Assembly: GCF_008831285.2 (NCBI RefSeq)
Contig: NC_045138.2
Coordinates: forward strand, 558,001-622,000
Length of the DNA stretch: 64,000 nucleotides
Direction: 5' to 3'
Source: Nymphaea colorata
Lineage: Eukaryota
In this document: positions 52,101 through 64,000 of the stretch, piece by piece
Numbering within the stretch: the stretch's first letter is position 1
Layout of the letters: every line of letters begins with the position of its first letter
Translations under genes and position numbers: made by a program
Notes under the pieces: generated by a model
Told to the model about the DNA's origin: nothing
What the model saw: the letters and a program-made list of their open reading frames with translations, nothing else
The model's database searches: none

Positions 52101-55100
52101 TCCACAAGTGAACATGCTCTATTACACCTACAAGTTCATTTGTTTGTCGTGCTCTCTGATTTGAAATTACTTTCACACCATGTCATCTATTTCTTTTATT
52201 TATGTTACCTTTTTGCTGATTTCGTTTATATAATTATGTTTGAACTGTCCTGTTTTTCTGGTTTCATTTATATTCACCTGTTTTGCTGGTTTCATCTATT
52301 ATTCTTGTGTTTTTCTTTTACATTTATGTTACGCTGTTGCTGGTTTCATTTAATTTGAACTGCAACTACCGTCTTTTTCTGGTTTCATTTATATTCACCT
52401 GCTTTGCTGGTTTCATTTATATTTGCCATGTTTTTCTTTTAAATTTATGTTACCTTTTTGCTGGTTTCATTTACATTTGAACTGTCGTGTTTTTGTAAAT
52501 TTGAACCAAGTAATGAGTGAATTTTGTTTAATTTTCTGCTTTGTGGAATTTTGCACATATACCTTTTCTTGTCGTACCGCTGTACCCAGATTTTCTTAAA
52601 TCGCTGCACCAATACCCACTTCGCATACCCAAACACATACCTGTACCTGTATGACTTAGCCTCTAAGTGGACTTGCACATGATCAACCTTGTGTTCCTCA
52701 ATATTCAAACAAATATTTCACCTGAAAGATCCAACTCAAAGGTCTTCTCATGAAAATTTGGAGAATTCAATTCTTGAGTTCTTGGGAATGTTCTAATGAC
52801 CTCCCTGGGAATGGGGATCACCTGAAGAGGAGAAAGGTTGAATGGTTGAGCACTTACCTAAGGGAGGAGTGATCCACTCAAGCCTTTGCAGGTTGAGTGT
52901 ACACCCCTTAGCCTTCATTCTCCAGCTATTCATGCCTTGTATTTACTTGAACACAGTTGGGCCACTACACGAATTGATCCAGTATGTCGTGGTTCAACAT
53001 CGCTTAGAGGATCACTAAGACTGCTGCTTCAATAGCCAGAATCAAGCAACTTTACCTCCGCTATTTCTTCCCCAACTCCCTATAATTTTACTCCACACTC
53101 TTAAGTCTGCCGACTAGAGCTTGTTTTGCATCGTTGGCATGTACCAATAAGTTCCAAATGCAGTCATTGCTTCTCGACCTATGACTCTATCCACCATGAG
53201 TTGCTCTGTTACCAATTTGGCATCCTTCCTTCCCCTAGGTGCCTGAAAGAAGAAACCATACAGGCATGCACCCACCAGACCACAGTTCTTGTGGTTCTTT
53301 TCCAATTTGAGGTTAAGAATCCCTTCAAAGCTGATGAGTAAAGGGTTCTTAAGACCCAGAATATGTATAGCATGAAAATCCTAATTGATATGGGTCATAT
53401 GGGTTATCAGTTATCACCCTGTCCACATAAGGGCCATCCAATCCCTTAGTCTGCCTGATACCAGCTATTCCTAGTGGTCATTTCTATTTCAATTTAAGGC
53501 TGCATTCCTGTCAGTTTTTAAGGCATTTTGCACTTTTAATTTTCACTTCCATGTATGACTAAAAAGCATAATGGATTCATGAGAATGTCCTTGAGAAGAT
53601 AAAACAGAGGAAGCTTTTGCCTAACCATATGTTATTACCATAGGCATCATATCATCTTCTTATGGAAGCTATAGAAGTGTATGCACACAAAATTACAGAC
53701 CTCAGCAAGTGAAAAACAATAGCTACCTGCCCTTCCTTGTCGACAATTGTCACTCTTGTAAGCTCCAGGCCTTTCGTTGTGACGCACTGGTTTCAAATCA
53801 ACACCAACAAAAGCAAACAAAAAACGTAATCAGAAAACAGTAAAAAAAACCTTGAAACACCCTGTAAAAGGTACTTTCCAAGAGTCATCCACAGTTGTAT
53901 ACCCGACATAACTGAAGAAGCTATTAAAAAATTATCGAATTGATGAAGATCATTGGAACCACAAACTAGGAAGTGTCCAGTAATATGGAAGAACTAACCC
54001 AAGATAAGGGTTCTAACAACATGAAAACACTAAACAAAAGCAAAACTTTATGGATGCCGCACACAGGTTGGAATAGGCCCACGTTTTCAGCAGTTCAAAA
54101 TTAATTTGATCAAGTTTTATCTGTGAAAATTAAGCCAAAGATGCAGGTGCGCAACTTCAAGAATCTCCACTATACTAATCCCAAGTAAACAGTCTAAATA
54201 AACCTATTATGCTATGTCTGTACAAAGAATGTTTACCCCATAACATGTAGACGAGCAAACCTGGAACCAAAACTCAAGAAGGAAAGAGAAAACTACAGCT
54301 TTACCATTTCACAGTCAACAGCCAGCATGTCATAGAAACTGGAACCTGCAGGTGCAGAAAGAGTTGAAACAAAACCTACAGACATAAGGACAAAGCATTA
54401 TGTGCTGCTTCTTACATGTAAAGATGAGGAAAGAGATAATAATACACATTAAAATTCAAGGGGAAAAAAATTGTTTCTGAACTACCTGGTTGCATACAGC
54501 AATATCCATTTTCTTCCATTTCCCTCTCTGTAAGAGTGTAATAAGATGCTGGAAATGGAGGTTCTTTCGCCTTTTTCCCAGTAGGTATATCATCTGAACA
54601 GAAAATGTAAACAGATTAACCATAAATTTCTCACACAGTAACTTCAGCAATGTAGTTGGGGAAAAAATCATGAGGATATAAGATCACCCTTGGTGGCATG
54701 TTTTTAGAATTTTAACAGCGCTATGGCCTCCCATAAGCCTAAAAAATCTATCAGGCATGCAGAAAAAATATAGACACATAGACATCCAATATCCTTAGTC
54801 CCTAAGAAAGACAACCCAAGCATATGTATGCATTCCTGTAACCTCTACCATTCCCCTTTCCACACCACATATGCATGCACCCAAAAAAACACACACACAC
54901 ACACAGAACAGAAAACAAAAAGGAGGGTTTTTAGAATTTCTGCATACCCACAAGCAGAAGCAAATCTCATGCCTAACAAAACAAAGCACCTCCCAGAGAA
55001 GGACACCCCAAAATAAAAATTCATGGAACAGCATACATCAAAAATGATGTTCTCGACCTATAGAAATGAAGAATAAAAATGCCGGAAAATGATAAACTGA

Positions 55101-56839
55101 TAAGCATAAAATGAGTTTAACTTGTTGTTACATCTATATTAAATGATTTAAGAGAATGAAATCACAAGTTCGTATGAATGCGAGTGGGATTTAAGTCAAT
55201 CATTTGACCGATTATGGTTAATCCAATGTGTTCAACTTGTTGTTAATTTATACTGAATAATTTAAAGGATTGAAATCACAAGTTCATATGAGTACGAATG
55301 GGATTTAAGTTATTCATTTGCTCTATTATAGTTAATCCAATGAGTTAAATTGAACATAAAAAAAAGGAACAATCAAGAGCTTCAAAAAAGTAAGAAAGAC
55401 CTCGTTTCATAGATGCTTCAGATGTTTGAATCTCTGAACATATCTCCCGATATTTTCTTTTCTGTTTGCAAGTCAAAAGCGCATCAATTGTCTGCATTCC
55501 ATCTAGTATACAACTGCCATATCCAAAGGACTTTAATTATAACTTCTGCTAGAAGCATACTTGACTGTAATACAGCACCAATTAAATAGAAAATTTTATT
55601 ACAAACATAAATATTGAACACAGTGTAGATAGCTAGCCAAAGATCCTGAATGTCCCAGGCCTTAAGCCCTAATTGATGGTTGAAACAATGTCAGAAGGAC
55701 TTTCCTGGAAACACTTCTCTGTAATATGGTTTTTGCATCACCCCAAAAAAATGAAGGAACTGATGTGACTTACCTCAAAGCTAAAACTGGCATTGGATGT
55801 CCACAACAGTTTTTCAGGCCATTGAGTAAACATGACTGTGACATGTATAGTGATGCATCAAGGCCTGGAACATATAGGAGCACTACTTTTGAGATAAGTG
55901 GCTTATTCTGCAAATGATAAGAGAGGACCAAGAAACCAGTGGTCAAGAAGGTAGAAGCACCTATGGAAATTACGTATTTCCCATCTGACTTTCAGAATAA
56001 GAGGAATAAATCTTAAATAACAAATAAAACAGAAACCAAAACGTTCAGCATAAATTCTCAAAAATCACTAGAAGAACGCTTGAATACATCAAGCACAATG
56101 TCAAAGTACATAACCATTCAGCTTCTTTTATATATGAAATGAGTCTGTTTCTCATGGGCAAGGTGATCAACATTCACTCCTTGTGTGAACAAAGTGATGA
56201 CTAATAACAAAAAAAGAGTTTGTGTACCAAGATTCTTGCTGTGCATATGCAGGGGTTTTTTCATCACTAGATAAGTGCAGGTAGTGACATCCATTGCTAG
56301 CTATGTTGCATGGACGTTTCAAAAAACATGAGGTGCCAGTGTCCAGCTGTGTCTGACACCAATATGCATCAACACATCTGAGACACACCGTTTTTTGAAT
56401 ATGAAGTCCCGGAAAGGGAAAAAAAAAATCCCCACTCAAGTCTCTTTTCCAGCATGCATGTCTCTCATTTTCCCCTTTCTTTCTCTCTTTTCCTTTTTCT
56501 TCTCTTTCATTTTTCCTTGATATTTTTGCCTCCTCTCTCTACACTTCCAATCATGCTTGACACTTTCTCTCCTTTTGTCTCTCTCATGCTTTTTAGAGGA
56601 TGACCAGAACAACCCTCGTAGTCCTTTAAAAGGGACGATAGGGTAGAGTAGTCCTTTAAAATCAAAGTTTTCTTTCAGAAAATTTTATTTTGTTTAATTA
56701 AACTATGAATGAGACTAAACTAGCCTTAACATAAAAAAAAAAGATTTACAAATGTAGACAAATAAAGCTATTAAACAATTAATTAGTTATATAACAGATT
56801 TTAGATTTAATATTTTAACATTTTTTGTTGTAGAAGTTG

Positions 56840-56883
<44 letters not shown>

Positions 56884-59800
56884 AGAGATAGAGAGAGTTG
56901 TGTCCAAGTGTCCAATTTCTTAAGGCTCATAGTATCCAACAATCTGTGTCCATGCAATATAGATATAGCATCATTGAGCTCTATGTTTACTATTTAGTGG
57001 ATGCTGGTTAAGAATCATTGTCGTGTTTAACTTAATCATGCAAAAGTGCATATTTCCTGGCATACCTTCATAAGTGTACAACTAAAATTACTTATGTCCA
57101 CACGTCTTCGCAGAATCAAGTTGGTAAACGGGCATCAATTAAATGTCAACAAAAGCTGTACTCCTACTGGCAATATCCTAATATTCCAAGAGCCATTGTT
57201 GTTGCAGTGCACTTTACGACTGGAATACTTTGTTGTTCTTGGGGAGAAAAATCTTCCCATGAGTTTGAGTTACAAGTATTTGAGCATGCATAGTTGCCTC
57301 TCTACTAGGTGTTCAAGAATAAATATGGTGCTAGAACAAAAGAGTAAGCATGCAACTTCATAAATTACAGTGCATTTGAACATGCAAATAATATGATTTT
57401 GTAACTCAAAAGAATGTTACTTTCTCTGAGACATTCCAGATTGTTCCAGTAATGATACAGAAGGTTGTAAGATGTTGAAGCCTGAGACAACTTGTCTAAT
57501 GGAAAAGGAGGTAAACTCCTGCTCACACATTAATTGATCAGTGCTTAAAAGATACTTGTCTCAGTGAACTTAAACCGCTAGACTGTAAGTTAACAAAAGG
57601 AGTAAAAGTGAAAATAGCAACTTGATCCTCCAATTGGCATGCAAAAGCTAACAAGTCCCCATATTTTTTTCTTCATTGAGACCTACATGGGTACTTCAAT
57701 AAGGTCCATGTACCTATGTCGCCGTACCTATACCCAAAGTGGGTACTTGGACACACTTGGGTACTTATTAGATTCAAAACTGGTCCAAACTGTTTAAGTT
57801 TACGTGATTTAATTTTCTCCAACTCAGTTTTCATTCTATTTCTTGAGTTATTGTTCACTAACATGCAATGTTTTTATTTAAAATCACTTGTTTATTTATA
57901 TGTTGCTTTCATTTTGATTTTTTTATTATTTTGCGTATATACATATATACATTTTGCCGTACCCTCGTACCCACACTTTTTAAAGTTTTCGTGTTTGTAC
58001 CCATATCTCTGTACCTGTACCCAAATCATACCCATACCTATGTGACTTAGATTGGGACACTATTCCCCACCACCAATTGAACCATGTTAAATTGTTGTGG
58101 TAAACCATGATTTCAGCACTAATATGCTCAAGAATGTACACAATACTCTAAAATATCCAGAATGAAAGAAAAAATAGTCAATGACCTATGTGACACGAGT
58201 ATGTGGAATTGCCCCATGTACCCGCTCTAGTACGCTGGTACGCGGAACCGGATACAGCGAGAATGTTGGGTATGGGTTGGATCAAGTATGAGTCAGACCC
58301 TATACAAACGATAAAAAACCATCGCCTTTATTTTACGAAAGGTCGACCTCTTCAGCTCGACCCCGACCAGCGTTGTTTCACAGTAGAGCGATGACTGGTG
58401 GTGGCCATGACGTCCGGTGACCGGCGGCTACGTCAGTTGGTGCAAGGCGGCAACTGGCGGCAGCCAGCTAAGTATTTTTTTTACTCGCTTTGCTATTACA
58501 ACTTAGGGTTCCGTTTTTTTATTTGGGGGTTTTTCGTTTTTTTGATTTAGGGATGTTTTTGTTTGAAGATTGAACTATAAACCTATAGACTTATATATGT
58601 TTTGATGTTTTGTTTGATTTTATGTGTTTATCTGTTGCTGCCACTTTTGTTTGGTTGCATTTTATTTCTATCGGCTATTTCGGCTGCCAGTTTTGTTTGG
58701 TTGCTGTCACTTTTGATTAAAAGTTTGATGAATCTATCAGCTATTTCTTTCAATTCTCTTCATCAATCAAAAAAAGTGATGTTGCCGATGAGTCAAGCTT
58801 ATTGTTTTATTCTTTGAATTTTCTGATCATTATATATTTTTTTGTTTTGCATTTTTTTATTATTTTGTTTGTAGACTTTTTTATGGCATTACACTTATGA
58901 ACTATTAATGTTTTCTTTTTCATTTTATCATTTTTGAGAATTTAATAATTTGTCGTACCCGCGTAACAATAATTTTCAAAATCACCATACCCAAACCCGT
59001 ATCGTCGTACCCGTCCCCATACCATCATGTGACATAGCCAATGACACAAGAACATTATAAAAATAAAAATAAAAAGACAGAAAAAACTGCCAAGTTCTTA
59101 TCACTCATCAAGAAGGTGAAGGACAGCACATTTGTACCTGAAGCCTAGCACAACGGAAATGTAGAAAACTAGATTGGTTGCAAAGGACGAACTGCTACTT
59201 GTATAATTTATCATCAAGCAGCATTCCCTTTGATGGTCAAAATGCCTATTCTGTCCTCCCTATGCTTGCAACATCAAGATGTAGCTAAGTTGTTTCATGC
59301 AAAAACCTTTTCTTCAAGGTGAGCTTCTAGAAGTACATTCGTTGCTCCCGCTATTCTACAAATGGTAAAGGAAAGCAAATGCAATCGGAGTATATTAACA
59401 CTGGTGGAATTTTTTTGAGGCTTGAAGCAAAGCCTGACAAATTGAAAAGAACCCTAGAACCATTGAAGAATATGATGCTTTGCTTCGTCCCTCTCTGAAT
59501 CCCTAGCCTTTTCTTTCTTATCTCTCTTTTCTCTCTACGGTTACCTTCTCCGCTCTTCTAAAACCACTTCCAGCCACCAGCAAGTGCACTTCATAACCCT
59601 CTAAAACTCAAACACCCTCAGAAGCAAATAAATATATATGTCAGTCTTCAGCATTTTATGTCAAAGACTCAAAAAAGGCTCATGGCATGGACAAAAAATC
59701 ATGCAAGCTAATTTTGTTGCCATGTATTAGGATCAAGTTGATATATAAGACAGAAGTATTATGTGCTCATGCTCCCATTTGCTTCAGATTCTGCCATGGT

Positions 59801-62800
59801 GAAGTTGATCTTTTACTATTCAATAAAGATGTTAATGATACTATAGTTAGATTTGTAATACTCGACTTTTGGGTGGGCCGGGTCGGGTCCAGGCCCGGAC
59901 CCGAACCCGCTTGCGTGAGGAGCCCGTCGCGCGAGGGGCTCTTCTCTCGCGTCTTCTCTCTCGACCTTACCCCTTCTCCCTCGTCCCGCTGGGTTGCACA
60001 CAGCACAGAGAAGAAGGAGGCGGAAGAGATGGCAGCAGCGGAGAAGGTGAAGGGCGACGGCGGTGGTGGCACGTAGGTAAGCCACCGGTTCCCCTCTCTT
60101 CTTTCTTCTCCTCCTCCCCCTTTTGCTGTTTTCCTCTTCTGACGCCTCTCCCTCAGTCCAGTAGCCAGTAGGCGATAGGATTCAGACCCATCAAAGGTAA
60201 GCCCGATTGTTCTTCGTTGAATGCCCCTCTTTCTCTCGTGCTCCTTACTCGTACCTCTCTCTCTCAACGGTCTCTCTTACTCTCTCCGTCTGTCTCTTCC
60301 CCATGTGTCATCGTTCTCTCTCCCTGCACACTCTCGCGTCTCTTTGGTCACGCCTTCCTCTACATTCTCTCTCACTCTCTCTTTGCCCACGCCCTCTGCT
60401 CGAGCCCTCTCCCTCAACCGAACAGTCCCTTATGTCTTTCCTTCTCTCTTGCGCCAGACCCATCTCTCCCACCCGAACCCTTGGTTCCCCCTCTCACTCG
60501 TCTTCAGCCTCCCACACAGCTATTGTGGGCCACTTCTAACGACAAACCCCTTTTTAAACCTCCCTTTTTCGTCGATTTTGATTCTCATGTGGCTGTTGGA
60601 TTAGATTGCAGTTGGGGACGCGTTCTTCCCTCATAACAGCGACTAGAAGGCATTGGTGGTGGTGGCATTGCATGGTTTTTGCCATTTGGGGATCGTTGAA
60701 CGCTTGAGGTGGCTGCCGGAAGCATCGCAGCAGTTCGGACTCTTTGATTGGGGTGAGCGAGACCTAACCGAGCCTAGATTGTTGTAAATTTTCTGTTCGA
60801 GTACGTATAATTATTATTTGAGCATGCTAGAATTAAGAATTGATGATTTAGAAGGCATGCTAGAGATGTCGCTATTTGGGGAAGGTCTAGGACTCATGTG
60901 GAGGGACGATGATCCATATCTACAATGATCTTTTAAGCATGGTGGGTTAATTTTCGAAGCAATTAGGAAGCATGGTAGAGATTGTATTGTTGTGGAGAAC
61001 GTTAGAATCGTTTTGGTGAGCTTGGGGAAATATGCTTCTATTGAGGTGCATATACGTTGTATGTTGAGAATCTTATGGTGGGGAAGACACCTCAACTAAG
61101 GAAAACAAGTAAGAATCGTACATGTGATAAGTCGAATACAAGTTTTGAGTTCTAATCGTTGGCGGCAACCTCGTGGGTTGGGTAGAGACCCTTTTTGGAG
61201 GGTTTCGTGGGTCGACACCCATTTGAGGCGAAGACATGCCTCGATGACGGTATTTTCAGATTTGTATCGATTGTAAGCGAAACGAGTAGAGAACTTACCA
61301 TTTTGTTATGTTTGCAGGTACACCACGCACATCAAGTAGGCCTTGAGCAACGTGGGTCGTAGTTCGAGGTGTTTAGTGGACGCGCGACGGGTATGGCAGC
61401 ATTCCAGGCAAATCCCTGCCTGGGCAATTGTGTGAATGTGTGTTCCTAGGATCGTGGGATCCTAGGATTGTGATGTGATTGATGGATTGTTTTGTGAATG
61501 AATGTGTGTATGCATGCAAATTGTTTGATATGCAAATTGTTTGATATATGATATGATTTGTTTTGAAAGGCTATGAGAAGCATGTTTTGAAAATGTTACG
61601 CATTTGCATGTGCATGCTAAAATTGATAACTGCTTAGGACAGATGAGGTGGGGTATCGAGTCGAGTATCTCCTCGACCCCAATTATGCATTAGAAAGCAT
61701 CCTAGAATGATAATTGTCTAGGACAGATACGAGCCAATCACGGATCGAGACTACTCTCCGTAGTTTGGCTAAGTTTTGAAAGGTGTGATTGATGTGTGTG
61801 ATTGTGAATGATTTGTCATGTGACAAGTTCTGTTTTGGAAAGCTATTAAAAACTTGTTTTGAAAACTGTTACGCATTTGCATGTGCATGTTAGAATTGAT
61901 AACTACTTAGGACAGATGAGGTGGGGTATCGAGTCGAGTGTCTCCTCGACCCCGATTGTGCATTAGAGGGCATCATAGAATGATAATTGCATAGGACAGG
62001 GCATCATAGAATGATAATTGCATAGGACAGCTACGAGCCATCACGGATCGAGACTACTCTCCGGGATTTAGCCAAGTTTTGAAAGATCTGATTGATATGT
62101 TTGATAAGATGTGAATGTTGTGTTTGTTACATATGTATTGTCGTGGGCAATAATGCAATTGATTGAAATTAGAGGGTAGTTGTACCCGTATTGTATGACG
62201 GCTAGCTATGACTGTTAATGTTATGTGTAGACCTCATGTGGAGGCAATTGGAGGTGTGGGTGCACTCGTGAAGTGTACCAACCTCATGAGCTAGTCAGTC
62301 ATTTTGTGAATGTGCTATTATAATGATAATAATGAAAGAATAAAATATGAGAGGCCAGTGGGATGTGGCTATGTGTTTGGGAGACGTCTCGCTTTCGTCA
62401 CTGGTCTCGCCTGTTCGGAGCGCAAGCGGTGCAAGGCCCTAGGGTACTGTTGTGTGATGTGCTTGGAGCGTTGGGCTTCCGCCTTCCCAACCTGGGTGTT
62501 CTAGGGAAGGCTGAGTATCTTTCCTTGGAATTCACACATCCATGGATGAGTGCTCTACCGCTGCAGCGGATGAATGGATCCATACTATTCTGGGCCACCA
62601 CGGGGGTTGTCTCTCGGCTATGGGCCGCTCGCGGTGTGCACGTGTCTGTGTTTGCACTCACAGGAACTGTCAATTCACTAAAACTAATGAAAATGAATGT
62701 ATGTGAATGAAATGTGTGTGAACGAATGTATGTGATTGATGGGCATGTGAATGCTATGACTGAAATGAAATGTTTAAGCATGTCTTGCATGTGATTGAGA

Positions 62801-64000
62801 TTGTGTTTCTGTGGCCCTTGAGTGGTCCTTTCATGTCATGGTCTATGTTAGGGGTTTTCTTGGCAAATGATGTGTCTATGCCCTGACACGACATGACGAA
62901 TGATGTGCCTATGCCCTGACACGACATGACGATAGATTGTTTTTATGATTGTTCTTAAATTTGAGCTCTACCTAAGAGGGTTTGAGATTTTCCTGGCTTG
63001 TTGCCATACTGCGAAGGCTAAGCCTTCAGTTGTTTCTTTTTCAGGTTTTAGCGGACCCGGGGCAGCAGGTTGATCAGATGGCTTCACTCACATCCTACGG
63101 GGAAGGTTTTGGGTCTTTGGTAGTGTCGGCGCGTCATGGTTTGGTCTTTTTGACGTCTTATTTGTGTTAGGCATCAAAGTTGTGGTTTGGGGCATTTTTG
63201 TCATACACATAGATGTGACTTTGTATGAATTGAAATTGTTATATAAATGAAAGTTTGCCCCATGGTTTCAAATGACATAGCTTCATCTTTTTTTGAATTG
63301 TTGTGTAGTCGCACCTTAATGCTTTATGTTTATAAAAAAAAATTTGTTTGAGGGTCAAAAGGTTGGGGTGTGACAAGATTTGTCGGGTACACTACCTTAC
63401 CCAAAAAATACAATGTTTTTGAAGTACCTTAATATAATAGAAGGATTAGAGTTTTTGCCACGACAAGTTGTCAACCAACAAATCAGTAATGTTTGTCCAC
63501 AACCTACACCTAACTTTTGATGTCAACTTCAAGCCAAGCATGAACAAACAGAAAAGTGCATGCATGAACAGAGAGAGCTATTCTTTCTAAAGTTTAAATA
63601 TTGGTGGTGCATTGAATTTCCAAAAGTAAAACATAAACATCATTTCACAACCTACGACTAAAAGAAGTGCAAAGAAAGGTGAACAACAGATACAAGTAAG
63701 AGAAGAGAATCTGCACACGAATAAATGCAGCATCCATATGTAAAATCTATGGACTATGATATTTAATATTTATCCATAGTAGCATGAACTACTAACACCA
63801 AAGGAAAATGAAATTTCATTGAATCCCCTCAAGTTTATAATTTATGCCGTTCAGGATTCCATACCAAGAATATGAATATCAAGGATGAGAAAGCATGATG
63901 AAAGAAATAAACATCTGTGAGTAATTACTTTTATAAATATCCATGATGGCATGACACCTTCTCCAAGGACCCAGGTGACAAGCCCTTGAACATCCTGTTT
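46181..64000 (-). CDS. SDN5: DEDDh 3'-5' RNA exonuclease, SMALL RNA DEGRADING NUCLEASE 5 / REXO1-like (5' end outside window)
   Basis: Twelve phase-consistent GT-AG exons: 63929-64000 ([22 protein letters not shown]), 55774-55907, 55401-55513, 54486-54593, 54305-54375 (LAVDCEM, ExoI), 53727-53786, 51725-51780, 49030-49090, 48638-48905 ([18 protein letters not shown]), 47488-47669, 47101-47396, 46181-46304 ([17 protein letters not shown]). Confidence 0.92.
52190..52490. repeat. Degenerate ~120-bp tandem repeat with a CTGGTTTCATTTA sub-motif
   Basis: TTATGTTAC...GCTGGTTTCATTTA...TTTGAACTG recurs about 2.5 times. Confidence 0.7.
55110..55345. repeat. ~115-bp tandem duplication in an SDN5 intron
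   Basis: AACTTGTTGTTA...TGAAATCACAAGTTC...TGGGATTTAAGT...GTTAATCCAATG occurs twice. Confidence 0.8.
56301..56962. mobile_element. TIR element (MITE) in an SDN5 intron
   Basis: 15-bp TIRs CTATGTTGCATGGAC / GTCCATGCAATATAG (14/15); TSD not recognisable. Confidence 0.65.
58186..59037. mobile_element. Non-autonomous hAT element (852 bp) in an SDN5 intron
   Basis: Ends CTATGTGACA / TGTGACATAG; TSD TCAATGAC / CCAATGAC (7/8); subterminal GTACCC motifs. Related pieces at ~50007-50283 and ~57680-58050. Confidence 0.8.
59854..63375 (+). mobile_element. Solo LTR (~3.5 kb) of a Ty3/gypsy retrotransposon, probably Tekay/Del
   Basis: Starts TGTAATACTC and ends GGGGTGTGACA. Perfect 5-bp TSD AGATT at 59849-59853 and 63376-63380. 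No gag/pol, PBS or PPT seen. GC/CT-rich 5' part and TG-rich tandem repeats. Lineage and orientation are inferred from the termini and composition. Confidence 0.88.
61560..62100. repeat. ~270-bp tandem duplication inside the solo LTR, with a nested ~31-bp duplication
   Basis: GCATTTGCATGTGCATG...GGACAGATGAGGTGGGGTATCGAGTCGAG...CACGGATCGAGACTACTCTCCG occurs twice. GCATCATAGAATGATAATTGCATAGGACAG is doubled at ~61970-62030. A separate 33-bp unit is doubled at ~62867-62932. Confidence 0.85.

Noticed and set aside
59687..63170. ORFs of 60-166 aa inside the LTR, and the idea of a full-length retrotransposon
   Set aside because: Low-complexity translations with no gag/pol motifs. One TG...CA unit bounded by a TSD indicates a solo LTR.
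1..64000. tRNA, rRNA, snoRNA and conserved miRNA genes
   Set aside because: None recognised by eye; an Rfam/tRNAscan search is needed to exclude them.

Overview
AT-rich flowering-plant nuclear DNA with spliceosomal introns, many (AT)n/(GA)n microsatellites and hAT-type MITEs. The right half is ordinary gene space: an SCL1/PAT1-type GRAS gene (+, 37398-39113), an OSCA4.1/GFS10-type CSC1 gene (-, 41810-44293), and 12 coding exons of an SDN5-like DEDDh exonuclease (-, 46181 to beyond 64000). The exonuclease's 8-kb intron holds a 3.5-kb Ty3/gypsy solo LTR with a perfect AGATT target-site duplication (TSD). The left half (5.3-27 kb) is a rearranged duplication cluster. It has one intact two-exon 'root cap/LEA-related' gene (23088-24811) preceded by two extra promoter + exon 1 + intron cassettes (7313 intact, 14039 frameshifted), both losing homology at the same intronic (AT)n just before exon 2. 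Between them lie an inverted ~1-kb copy of the upstream block, a perfect 42-bp hairpin at its junction, and a spliced subgroup-21-type MYB gene whose R3 repeat is deleted in frame while the ORF stays open. I cannot show a new biological system from sequence alone. The best candidates are the three-first-exon/one-constant-exon layout, a possible new 8-Cys cationic peptide, and the R3-less MYB. Family names come from motif recognition, not database searches.
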